Source: an uncultured Lachnospiraceae bacterium (GTDB lineage: Bacteria; Bacillota; Clostridia; Eubacteriales; Anaerofustaceae). Taken from it: a stretch of DNA of 53,966 nucleotides. The translations under genes were made by a program, and so were the position numbers. Under the pieces are notes generated by a model. That model saw nothing but the letters and a program-made list of their open reading frames with translations. It made no database searches and was not told where the DNA came from. Positions 1 through 8,005 of the stretch are shown one piece after another; the stretch's first letter is position 1, and the number at the start of each line of letters is the position of its first letter. The stretch covers positions 13,959-67,924 of the forward strand of contig CAYJAA010000001.1 of NCBI GenBank assembly GCA_964368185.1, given 5' to 3'.

Positions 1-516
1 GAACCTTTAAAGGGAGGAAGAATTACAAGTATAAAAGATGATTTTGTAAATACTTTGTTTGAAAAGTATGATCTTAAAGATAAAACTTTAGTAGAAATTT
101 GCCTAAGATATATCTATAACAAAGAAGGAATACTAACGGTTTTAAATGGAGTAAACACTCTTGTTCACACAAAGGAAAATATTAAAACTGCAAGCACTAG
201 CCCTGTGGGGTGTTTAACAGATAATGAAAAAGGCTTTATAGAAGAGTTTAAAAATTATATACAAGATAAAATATATGCTGATTGCACAGGGTGTAAATAC
301 TGTGAAGATAAATGTCCACTACACCTACCAATTGCAAGGGCTATTGAACTTTTAAACCATGGATATATTTTTGGAGACTGGGACAAGTGTAAATCAGGCT
401 TTGGGGAAATAAAAGATAAACTTCCTTGTACTGACTGTAAACTCTGTAATACCATTTGCCCACAACACCTTGATGTTCCAGCTTTAATAGAAAAAACAAA
501 AGAACTTTTATCGTAA
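1..516 (+). CDS. C-terminal part of an aldo/keto-reductase-type oxidoreductase with two ferredoxin-like 4Fe-4S motifs (5' end lies outside the window)
   Basis: Frame 1 is open from base 1, and the track ORF begins at an internal TTG at 55. Two CxxCxxCxxxCP motifs are present (CTGCKYCEDKCP, CTDCKLCNTICP). A hairpin terminator follows. Confidence 0.6.
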   Translation, partial: EPLKGGRITSIKDDFVNTLFEKYDLKDKTLVEICLRYIYNKEGILTVLNGVNTLVHTKENIKTASTSPVGCLTDNEKGFIEEFKNYIQDKIYADCTGCKYCEDKCPLHLPIARAIELLNHGYIFGDWDKCKSGFGEIKDKLPCTDCKLCNTICPQHLDVPALIEKTKELLS

Positions 517-554
517 AATAAAAGAAGCTTATATACAGCAACCAAGAAAGAAAC

Positions 555-594
555 AAACTGCCACTGCCTAAATAGGTAGTGGCAGTTTTGCTTT
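555..594 (+). terminator. Rho-independent terminator
   Basis: Arms aaactgccact / agtggcagttt are followed by a T-rich tail (ttttgcttt). Confidence 0.6.
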
Positions 595-604
595 AGTGTC
601 ATAA

Positions 605-876
605 TGCCACTTTATTGATAGTAGTATATAAGAAGTAAATATGGTGCTTTTTATTTTTAAAAAGCAAGGCAGAACCTTCCCGTAAGGGAATCATTGGGCA
701 GCTTAATATTTACGGCAAATATAATAGGCTTTTACCCGGTTATTATTTTGCCAAAAAAGGGGTAGTTTTCCTTCTTTTGATATCAAAAGAACAAAGATTA
801 TTTCATAAAAGGATAGAAATATATAAATAAAAGGAATGGCTTACACCATTCCTTTTTCTTTTAGATTATAAAGTTT
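605..876 (+). repeat. Structured intergenic repeat, copy A (full length, + orientation)
   Basis: Aligns over its length with 18646..18915 (+) and with the reverse complement of 2904..3140. Shared blocks are agtaaatatggtgcttttta, cttaatatttacgg, aggcttttac, ttttgccaaaaaag and ttcttttgatatcaaaagaa. It ends with the terminator-like hairpin ggaatgg-N6-ccattcc. Confidence 0.75.
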
Positions 877-912
877 CTTTTTTACTAAACTATATAAAGT
901 ATTTTTCTACCC

Positions 913-1569
913 TTAGAATTTATAAAACTCTTCCCCTTTTTCTTCAAACTCCATAATGGCACTTGAAGTTAGAGGGTGATATACTAATTGCTCGAATAAA
1001 TCACAACTAATAGTTGCTGCGTGAGACCCAGCAAGAGCAGTATTATGAACTTGTTGAGTGTTTTTAAAGCTAGCCGCCACTACTTTTGTATCAAGGTTAA
1101 AAGAATCTAATAAGTGGATAATATCCTTTAATACATTTACTCCGTCCGCACTAAAGTTATCAAGTCTATTAATATATGGAGCTACAAAGTCTGCTCCTGC
1201 TTTTGCTGAAAGTAGAGCTTGTTGAGCTGTAAATATAGCTGTTGCTGTAACATTAAAGCCTAATTCTTTTAAAACGCTCATAGCTTTTAAGCCTTCTCCA
1301 CTAACAGGAACTTTTACATAAAATAATCCCCCTACAGCGTCTCTAAGCTTGTAAGCTTCTTTTACAATATCCTCACAATTATCTGATAAAACTTGAGCGT
1401 GTAAGGCAAGGTCTGGACCAATAATATCTCTTATTGCTTTTAATGTTTCAATAACATTTTTCCCCTCATTTGCAATAATCGTTGGGTTTGTTGTTACCCC
1501 ACTAATTGGAAAATATTGCACTAAAGTTTTAATACTTTCTAAGTTTGCATCATCAATTAAATATAACAT
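913..1569 (-). CDS. fsa: Short transaldolase-family protein / fructose-6-phosphate aldolase
   Basis: MLYLIDDANLE...GVTTNPTII...FYVKVP... is typical of the roughly 218 aa TalC/Fsa class. I moved the start to the ATG at 1569, which is preceded by AAGGAGAAAAA. The track start at 1620 has no SD. Confidence 0.8.
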   Translation of the reverse strand: MLYLIDDANLESIKTLVQYFPISGVTTNPTIIANEGKNVIETLKAIRDIIGPDLALHAQVLSDNCEDIVKEAYKLRDAVGGLFYVKVPVSGEGLKAMSVLKELGFNVTATAIFTAQQALLSAKAGADFVAPYINRLDNFSADGVNVLKDIIHLLDSFNLDTKVVAASFKNTQQVHNTALAGSHAATISCDLFEQLVYHPLTSSAIMEFEEKGEEFYKF

Positions 1570-1608
1570 TTTTTCTCCTTTAAATATATAAACATAATTA
1601 TGTTTGCT

Positions 1609-1637
1609 ATAATACAACATAACATTTTCTTTTGCAA
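1609..1637 (-). promoter_or_regulatory. Candidate sigma-A promoter of fsa (TTGCAA-17-TATTAT)
   Basis: The -35 TTGCAA is at 1637..1632 and the -10 TATTAT at 1614..1609, with a 17 nt spacer. A perfect 16 bp palindrome (1590..1605) overlaps the predicted start site. Confidence 0.45.
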
Positions 1638-1674
1638 GCTTTTTTTGAAAATTTTCAATATTTAATGAAATATA

Positions 1675-1703
1675 TTGAAAAATACGAAAAATTCTTATAT
1701 AAT
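1675..1703 (+). promoter_or_regulatory. Candidate sigma-A promoter of the FMN riboswitch-ribU unit (TTGAAA-17-TATAAT)
   Basis: TTGAAA at 1675..1680, a 17 nt spacer, then TATAAT at 1698..1703, just upstream of the riboswitch. Confidence 0.55.
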
Positions 1704-1707
1704 ATAG

Positions 1708-1832
1708 CTAATCTTCGGGGCAGGGTGCAACTCCCTACCGGCGGTAAAAGTCCGCGAACCTTAAAAATAGTTTAAGGCTGAGTAAGTGAAATTCTTACAC
1801 CGACGGTTATAGTCCGGACGCGAGAGGATACA
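1708..1832 (+). promoter_or_regulatory. FMN riboswitch (RFN element) aptamer
   Basis: Contains the hallmark RFN strings cttcggggcagggtgcaactccctaccggcggt, agtccgcgaacc, accgacggttatagtccggacgcgagagga. It lies directly upstream of a riboflavin-transporter-like gene. Confidence 0.9.
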
Positions 1833-1848
1833 CACAGTATTTTTCTAA

Positions 1849-1881
1849 GATAATCCCCTTAGGTGGTGGATTATTTTTTTT
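1849..1881 (+). terminator. Riboswitch expression-platform terminator
   Basis: Arms ataatcc / ggattat are followed by T8, placed between the aptamer and the ribU SD. Confidence 0.7.
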
Positions 1882-1913
1882 ACGCCCTAAGAAAAAACCT
1901 TTAGGAGAAAAAT

Positions 1914-2459
1914 ATGAAAAAAACAAAACAACTTACAACAATGGGAATGTTAATAGCACTATCAATCGTTTTAATGCTACTAATACGATTCCCCTTATTT
2001 CCCTCAGCACCTTATTTAGAGTATGAACCAATGGATATACCTTTATTAATAGCCGGTTTTACCTTTGGTCCTGTCCTTGGAATAACTTGCGTTATTATCT
2101 CAAGCCTTATCCAAGCCCTAACAGTAAGTGCTGGAATAGGTGGCTTTGTAGGAGCTTTAATGCACATCATCGCCTCTGGAACCCTTGTTGGGGTTAGTAG
2201 TATTATCTACAAAAAAAACAAAAGCAAAAAAGGCGCTTTTATAGCTTTAGCCCTTGGGGTGGTTGCTATGTGTCTGGTGATGATACCTGCAAACTTAATT
2301 ATCACGACAAATTTTTATGGGGTTCCAAAAGAAGTTGTAACAGCAACAATGTTTACTGTAACGATTCCTTTTAATTTCCTAAAAGCAGGAATTAACTCAC
2401 TATGCACCTTCTTATTATATAAACCTCTAAAAAACATAATCAACAAAGGAAATCTATAA
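1914..2459 (+). CDS. ribU: ECF-transporter S component, riboflavin transporter
   Basis: A 181 aa polytopic membrane protein sitting behind an FMN riboswitch. SD is AGGAGAAAAAT before the ATG. Confidence 0.8.
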   Translation: MKKTKQLTTMGMLIALSIVLMLLIRFPLFPSAPYLEYEPMDIPLLIAGFTFGPVLGITCVIISSLIQALTVSAGIGGFVGALMHIIASGTLVGVSSIIYKKNKSKKGAFIALALGVVAMCLVMIPANLIITTNFYGVPKEVVTATMFTVTIPFNFLKAGINSLCTFLLYKPLKNIINKGNL

Positions 2460-2903
2460 ATGAAAGATAATATTCTTATTTCCATGTGCCTTATAGGAAT
2501 TAATTGTAAATATAATGCTGGGAATAACTATAGAAAAAATTTATGTGATTTATCTATAAAATATAATCTTATCCCTTTTTGCCCTGAACAAATGGGGGGA
2601 TTATCTACCCCAAGAGATCCTAGTGAAATAAAAGGGGAGCGGGTTATTACTTGTAGGGGTGAAGATGTAACAAATAATTTTAAAGCTGGAGCAGAGGAAT
2701 CTTTAAAACTTGCTAGGTTTTACAGCCCTAAATTTATCATATTAAAAGATGGTAGCCCTTCTTGTGGAGTTAGTGAAATATATGATGGAACTTTTGAGGG
2801 TAGAAAAATTATAGGAAGTGGAACAACTACAAAACTCTTAAAAGAAAATGGATTTAAGTTAAAGTCAGAAAAAGATTATAACTCAATAAAAACAAAAGAA
2901 TAA
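2460..2903 (+). CDS. DUF523-family protein (the family that includes 2-thiouracil desulfurase)
   Basis: CLIGINCKYNAG...FCPEQMGGLSTPRDPSEI...DGSPSCG matches my memory of the DUF523 signature. Its ATG directly abuts the ribU stop codon. Confidence 0.8.
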   Translation: MKDNILISMCLIGINCKYNAGNNYRKNLCDLSIKYNLIPFCPEQMGGLSTPRDPSEIKGERVITCRGEDVTNNFKAGAEESLKLARFYSPKFIILKDGSPSCGVSEIYDGTFEGRKIIGSGTTTKLLKENGFKLKSEKDYNSIKTKE

Positions 2904-3140
2904 CAAAAACTATTCCTTTTATCTATATATAAGCTTTCTTTTATAAGAAAAAAACAATAGTTCTTTTGATATCAAAAGAACTAAAACTACCGCTTTTTTG
3001 GCAAAACGCGGGGTAAAAGCCTATTATATTTTCCGTAAATATTAAGGCGTCCAATGGTTCCCTATGGGAATGTTCGCCTTTGCTTTTTATTTTATAAAAA
3101 GCACCATATTTACTACTTATATGTTATTAATTAATGAAGT
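2904..3140 (-). repeat. Structured intergenic repeat, copy B (- orientation, terminal hairpin degenerate)
   Basis: Its reverse complement aligns with copies A and C and includes the perfect palindrome gttcttttgatatcaaaagaac (2960..2981). Confidence 0.75.
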
Positions 3141-3255
3141 AGTTAAATGAAATTATAATAGTTCCTTTATTATAATGTGTACCCATAACTCAGAATATTT
3201 GTTACAGTATATTATAGGGAAGGGTTTTGAGCATTCCTAATTACTGCACAAAATA

Positions 3256-3297
3256 AAACTGCCATTATCAAAAATTGATAATGGCAGTTTGTTTTTT
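3256..3297. terminator. Bidirectional terminator (serves dfx on the - strand)
   Basis: 16 nt arms aaactgccattatcaa / ttgataatggcagttt, with A-rich and T-rich tracts on either side. Confidence 0.75.
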
Positions 3298-3326
3298 ATA
3301 AGCATTAACTATTTACGCCTATTATT

Positions 3327-3710
3327 TTAAACTTCTTTTTTCCAAAGACCATGAAGATTACAGTATGCATATACTGCAACTGCTTCATCATCAATAAAAG
3401 CAAACTCAGCTACTGCTTTACTTCCTAAAGGGAAGCATTTACGCTGACCACCTAGCTTTGTTTCTACATAAACAAAACTAATGTTATGCTCACTTGTCAT
3501 TGGATGCTCTTCACTACCTATAGAAACATTGATACCTATATTGGTTTTTGTAATTACAGGCACATGTTTTTCCATACTAGCATCAACAGTGTTTGGAACT
3601 AATTCCTTCATATTTTCTCCACAACACATTAAAGGAACACCTTTATTCTCAATCATTCCAACTAAGTTTTTACAATGTTCACAAATAAAAAACTTTTGAT
3701 TTCCACACAT
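3327..3710 (-). CDS. dfx: Desulfoferrodoxin (superoxide reductase)
   Basis: 127 aa. N-terminal CxxC...CC desulforedoxin-like motif (CEHCKN...MCCGE) and a C-terminal neelaredoxin-like part (EKHVPV...EHPM). SD is AGAGGTG. Confidence 0.9.
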   Translation of the reverse strand: MCGNQKFFICEHCKNLVGMIENKGVPLMCCGENMKELVPNTVDASMEKHVPVITKTNIGINVSIGSEEHPMTSEHNISFVYVETKLGGQRKCFPLGSKAVAEFAFIDDEAVAVYAYCNLHGLWKKEV

Positions 3711-3728
3711 AATTTTTCACCTCTTTTA

Positions 3729-4271
3729 TTAATAATTAGTTGCTTTAAGCTCAAAGTGGGCTTGTGGGTGGTCGCATACCGGACAAACCCCAGGAGCATT
3801 CTCACCTTCTGCTATATGACCGCAATTTCTACAATGCCAAAGAACTTTTTCTTCTCTTTTAAATACTTTTTTGCTATTAATATTTTCAAGAAGGTCTCTA
3901 TATCTTTCTTCGTGTTCTTTTTCAATTTTTGCAACACCTTCAAATAATTTAGCGATGTCATCAAAGCCCTCTTCTTTTGCATCTTTTGCCATACGAGCAT
4001 ACATTTCAGTCCACTCTTCATTTTCCCCATTTGCTGCACTTTCTAAATTTTCTATAGTGCTTTTAATACTTCCACCACAAAGCAGTTTATACCATATTTT
4101 TGCATGTTCTTTTTCATTTGCTGCTGTTTCTTCAAATATTGCAGCAATTTGCTCATAGCCTTCTTTTTTTGCTTTTGATGCAAAGTAATTATACTTGTTT
4201 CTAGCTTGACTCTCTCCAGCAAATGCTTCCATTAGATTTTTTTCTGTTTTTGTTCCTTTTAAATTTACCAT
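3729..4271 (-). CDS. rbr: Rubrerythrin
   Basis: Ferritin-like EGES..ExxH motifs ([28 protein letters not shown]) plus a C-terminal rubredoxin CRNCG...CPVC. Confidence 0.95.
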   Translation of the reverse strand: MVNLKGTKTEKNLMEAFAGESQARNKYNYFASKAKKEGYEQIAAIFEETAANEKEHAKIWYKLLCGGSIKSTIENLESAANGENEEWTEMYARMAKDAKEEGFDDIAKLFEGVAKIEKEHEERYRDLLENINSKKVFKREEKVLWHCRNCGHIAEGENAPGVCPVCDHPQAHFELKATNY

Positions 4272-4493
4272 TTTCCAAGTCTCCTTTTTTTATTTCATAT
4301 AATTATTTTATCTTCTTATATTTAATTAGGCTTAATGTGTAAAGTTTATACTACAAAAGAAAAAGTATTAATAACTAATTTACATTTGTATTATTAAGGT
4401 TTAAAACATAAGCTAAAAAGCACATTATTATTATTGCCATTTTAAGATAAAAAATTTAATAAATTTTTTGTTATTTATTTTTTATATAAGCTT

Positions 4494-6578
4494 CTAAGCA
4501 TGAGAGGCTTTTGCGCTTAAAGCCTTTTCGATTATTTTTTCACTAAAAGCTGTTGGAACTTCCTCATATCTTTCAAATTCCATTGTAAATGAGCCCCTTG
4601 CTTGAGTCATAGACCTAAGCTCTGTTGCGTATTTAAACATTTCTCCAAGAGGAACTTCTGCATTAATTTGTTGCTTTTTGCCCATAGGCTCCATTCCCAT
4701 AATTTTCCCTCTTTTTTTGTTTAAATCTCCAATAATATCTCCCATATAATCTTCTGGAACAGTAACGCAAACTTTATAAATTGGCTCTAATAAAACAGGA
4801 TTTGCGGCTTTTATCCCTGCTCTATAAGCAAGAGAAGCTGCCATTTTAAAAGACATTTCATCAGAATCAACAGGATGATATTTTCCATCAAATAATGAGG
4901 CTTTTAGTCCTACTAAAGGATATCCTGCAAGAACTCCCTTTTGAATACAGTCATTTAAACCTTTTTCTACAGCTGGGATAAAGTTTCTAGGAACAGATCC
5001 CCCAACTACATTATCCACAAAAGTAAGACCCCCACTTAAATCTCCACTTGCCTCAAATGTTATATTTACAACCCCATACTGTCCTCTTCCTCCAGATTGT
5101 TTTTTATGTTTACCTTCTGCTGTTGCTTTTTTCTTAATTGTTTCTCTATAAGGAATAATTGGGGTAGTTAGTCTTACATCTACAGAAAATTTACTTTTAA
5201 GTTTATCCGCTACAATCTCAAGGTGCATATCTCCCATACCATAAAGAACAGTTTGATGAGTTTGAGCGTCTCTATTAACTACAATAGTTGGATCTTCTTC
5301 TATTAGTTTATTCAGCCCTACTCCAAGCTTATCCTCATCCCCCTTTGCTGCAGGCTCAATCCCTGTAAATATGATAGATTGAGGGAATTTAATAGGATTA
5401 AACTTAATTTTATCTTTTATATCACATAGTGTATCACTAGTAGAAGCAGAAGTCAGCTTTGAAAAAGCTCCTATGTCTCCTGGATACATTTGAGATATTT
5501 CTATTTGTTTTTTCCCTAAAAGGGTATATATATGAGATATTTTTTCTTTTTTATCTTTACTTGCATTATAAATTTCCATACCTGTATTTAAAACACCACT
5601 TTTAATTTTAAATAAAGAAAGTTTTCCTACATATGGATCAGCGATTGTTTTAAAAACAAAACAACTCACTCCTTCATCATCACTATAATGGCGCTGTGCA
5701 TTTTCTCCGTCTTGGTCTACTTTAGCTCCTTTTGCCTCAAGAGGTGTTGGGAAGTTATAAACAATAGCATCTAAAAGTTTATCTATTGCTACACCTTTTA
5801 ATGCACTAACACAAAATACTGGTATTAACTCTTCACTTACAATAGCAGTTTTAACCCCTGAATGAAGTTCTGCTTCTGTTAGTGTTCCATCTTCATCTTC
5901 GAAATATTTTTCCATTAAAGCTTCATCTGTAGTAGCCGCAATTTCAAAGATAATATCTTTATATTTACTAGATTTTTGTTTTATATTTTCAGGAACATCA
6001 CTAATGGTAATTTTCCCATTTTCATATGTATATGCTTTATTATCAAATATATCTGCTACACAGTTAAATCCTACACCTTCGTTAGCAGGTATTTGAAAAG
6101 GCACAATCTTAGGGCCTGTAAGCTCTCTAAGTTCTTTCATCACTTTCTTAGTATCTACATTTTCTCTATCAAGCTTGTTAATTACAAAGGCAATTGGAAT
6201 CTTTCTTTCTACTGCCATTTCATAAGCTTTTTCCGTTCCAACCTCAACCCCATTTACAGCGTCTACTACAATTACTGCACAGTCCGCTACTCTAAGGGCA
6301 CTACACTGCTCTCCAATAAAATCAAAATATCCTGGTGTATCTAAAATATTAATTTTAACTCCACCGTGTTCAATTGGTAAAAGGGAGGTAGAAATAGAAA
6401 TTTGCCTTTTTTGTTCAATTACATCATAATCTGATATAGTAGAACCCTCTTCTACTTTTCCCAGCCTATCAATTAGCCCTGCTTTGTAAGCTATTGCTTC
6501 ACTAAGCAGGGTTTTCCCACTGCCTCCGTGGCCTAATAATGCGATATTTCTAATGTCTTTAGTCTTATAAGTTTTCAT
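4494..6578 (-). CDS. Elongation factor G paralog (translational GTPase)
   Basis: G1 motif GHGGSGKT, plus DTPG and NKLD, and EF-G domains II-V. I chose the ATG at 6578 because its spacing from GAAAGGG is better than for the ATG at 6587. Confidence 0.85.
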   Translation of the reverse strand: MKTYKTKDIRNIALLGHGGSGKTLLSEAIAYKAGLIDRLGKVEEGSTISDYDVIEQKRQISISTSLLPIEHGGVKINILDTPGYFDFIGEQCSALRVADCAVIVVDAVNGVEVGTEKAYEMAVERKIPIAFVINKLDRENVDTKKVMKELRELTGPKIVPFQIPANEGVGFNCVADIFDNKAYTYENGKITISDVPENIKQKSSKYKDIIFEIAATTDEALMEKYFEDEDGTLTEAELHSGVKTAIVSEELIPVFCVSALKGVAIDKLLDAIVYNFPTPLEAKGAKVDQDGENAQRHYSDDEGVSCFVFKTIADPYVGKLSLFKIKSGVLNTGMEIYNASKDKKEKISHIYTLLGKKQIEISQMYPGDIGAFSKLTSASTSDTLCDIKDKIKFNPIKFPQSIIFTGIEPAAKGDEDKLGVGLNKLIEEDPTIVVNRDAQTHQTVLYGMGDMHLEIVADKLKSKFSVDVRLTTPIIPYRETIKKKATAEGKHKKQSGGRGQYGVVNITFEASGDLSGGLTFVDNVVGGSVPRNFIPAVEKGLNDCIQKGVLAGYPLVGLKASLFDGKYHPVDSDEMSFKMAASLAYRAGIKAANPVLLEPIYKVCVTVPEDYMGDIIGDLNKKRGKIMGMEPMGKKQQINAEVPLGEMFKYATELRSMTQARGSFTMEFERYEEVPTAFSEKIIEKALSAKASHA

Positions 6579-6764
6579 AACAATCATCCCTTTCTTCGTT
6601 TATTATTTATAAAATCTTTATACTAGTATAACGATTTCATAGTCCTATAAAAAATTTTATGATTTTATAGCTCACAAGCTAAATAAACTAATTTCTTTTC
6701 TTAAATTAAAGGTACTTCTTAAATTATAAATACTTCTTAAAAAAACAACAAAAGGAAAGCCTTG

Positions 6765-7217
6765 TTAGTGCTTCCCTTTTTTATTTTTTTTATTTTTCTT
6801 CGCTTTTTTAGAGGCTAATATTCCACTAAGAATATTTGCCCCTAAAAAGGCATATTTACCGTAGCCTAGAGTTTTTTTTACACCCATAACAGAACTACTT
6901 ATATTACTTTTAGTTATAGGCACACCAATAGCTTCTTCTATTCCTGAGATAGTTCCACTAACTCTACTTGTAATTATCTTAGTGTCAGCAGTAATAGCCT
7001 CTAAATTATTCACTATTAAATTTATATTTTCTGTGTTGTGTTTTGTAATTGTCGCAATATTACTAACAATCTCATTAATATTGTTTGTGTTTTCATCTAT
7101 AATCCCATTTAACTTATCTACTGATTCAATAAGTTTTTTTATAACGATTATAAGAAAAACCACCATAGCACTTGATAAAATACAAAAAATTATCAGCATA
7201 ATATCTAAAGGCCCCAT
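6765..7217 (-). CDS. DUF948-like membrane-anchored coiled-coil stress protein
   Basis: An N-terminal TM helix, then N/I/T-rich heptad-like repeats and a Lys-rich tail. Adjacent to a YtxH-like gene. Confidence 0.6.
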   Translation of the reverse strand: MGPLDIMLIIFCILSSAMVVFLIIVIKKLIESVDKLNGIIDENTNNINEIVSNIATITKHNTENINLIVNNLEAITADTKIITSRVSGTISGIEEAIGVPITKSNISSSVMGVKKTLGYGKYAFLGANILSGILASKKAKKNKKNKKGKH

Positions 7218-7245
7218 GTTATCTTACCTGCTTTCTTAAGCTTTA

Positions 7246-7539
7246 TTACTCAGTAATAATGTCATCCTCTTCTTTTGCTTCGTTAATCATTGATTTTAAC
7301 TCTTCTAATTGAGAAGCAGTATACTCTTTATATTCATTTGCTTTATTTGTGAAACCTTCACCTAGTTCCCCAGCTTTTTCCATAGCATGGTCAACAAAAG
7401 TATTTACTTCATCTTTAGCGATGTAATAAGCATCTAGTGCATAATCCATTATTTCTTCTTTATTATCATAAACAACTTTAGCTGCAATACCAGCAGCAAT
7501 ACCTAAACCTAGTCCGAATAAAAAACTACCTTTTGACAT
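7246..7539 (-). CDS. YtxH-domain protein
   Basis: MSKGSFLFGLGLGIAAGIAA is a glycine-zipper N-terminus, followed by an acidic helical tail. Strong SD (AGGAGGAAAG). Confidence 0.7.
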   Translation of the reverse strand: MSKGSFLFGLGLGIAAGIAAKVVYDNKEEIMDYALDAYYIAKDEVNTFVDHAMEKAGELGEGFTNKANEYKEYTASQLEELKSMINEAKEEDDIITE

Positions 7540-7612
7540 AAAACTTTCCTCCTAAATTTTAATTTAAATGTTCATATTATAATTTTAACATAAAAATCAT
7601 AAAATAATACAT

Positions 7613-8002
7613 CTATTTTAATTTTTCCTCTACTTTGTCCATAAATTTATCTTTATTAATGATAAATCTTTCATGAACCCCTTCTCCTATTTTATCTTTT
7701 TCATCATAAGCTTCTACATTAAATACAAGTCTTTTTCTATCTACTTCAATAAGCTCCCCCTTTGCCAATACTTCCATACCAACTGGAGTTGCTGCTAGAT
7801 GTTTAATATTTACAATTGTTCCAACTGTTGATTCATTTTCTGCTAAATAAGGTTGAGCTAATTGATAACAAACATCTTCCATTAAAAGGATTAAATCAGG
7901 AGTTGAGAAAACTAAAACTCCGCCGCTTCCTTTTGCAGTAGCTGTTTGTTCATAAACTACCTTGATTTTCTTTTCAAATGTTAACCCTGTTTTTAATTCC
8001 AT
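7613..8002 (-). CDS. Hotdog-fold thioesterase family protein
   Basis: The pattern TATAKGSGGV.VFSTP.LILLME...VGT..NIKHLAATPVG is typical of the small FlK/YiiD-like thioesterases. It begins 3 nt after the ftsH stop. Confidence 0.7.
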   Translation of the reverse strand: MELKTGLTFEKKIKVVYEQTATAKGSGGVLVFSTPDLILLMEDVCYQLAQPYLAENESTVGTIVNIKHLAATPVGMEVLAKGELIEVDRKRLVFNVEAYDEKDKIGEGVHERFIINKDKFMDKVEEKLK

Positions 8003-8005
8003 TTT

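Noticed and set aside
555-594. Sequence similarity between the terminator hairpin at 555..594 and those at 53267..53299 and 3256..3290 (all begin aaactgcc/aaactacc), considered as another repeat family.
   Set aside because: Each sits exactly where a gene terminator is expected and has the appropriate T-tract on the relevant strand. The similarity is limited to about 10 nt arms. They are adequately explained as ordinary terminators.
640-720. Short ORFs inside the intergenic repeat: MVLFIFKKQGRTFP on the + strand of copy A, and 26-31 aa peptides starting M(V/I)P on the opposite strand.
   Set aside because: Indels between copies shift the frames, so the peptides differ completely after the first few residues. 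SD-like sequences are absent in most copies. The conservation pattern fits nucleic-acid structure, not coding sequence.
655-770. Superficial resemblance of the repeat core (ggcagaacc + GNRA hairpin ... acggcaaa ... ggc) to a c-di-GMP-I (GEMM) riboswitch.
   Set aside because: The order of the conserved blocks does not match the GEMM-I consensus as I remember it. The element also occurs in both orientations, in convergent and otherwise non-leader intergenic regions rather than in 5' UTRs.
1645-1658. 14 bp perfect palindrome TTGAAAATTTTCAA in the fsa/ribU divergent region, which is also partly CodY-box-like.
   Set aside because: It is made almost entirely of A/T and overlaps the AT-rich UP-like region of two promoters. 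Its significance is too low to call without a comparative or position-weight-matrix background.
4368-4397. Inverted repeat ttaataa-N16-ttattaa and a tataattatt string upstream of rbr, considered as a PerR or Rex operator.
   Set aside because: The arms are 7 nt and consist only of A/T, with an atypical spacing, and are easily produced by chance in this composition. The match to the PerR box (TTATAATnATTATAA) is poor.
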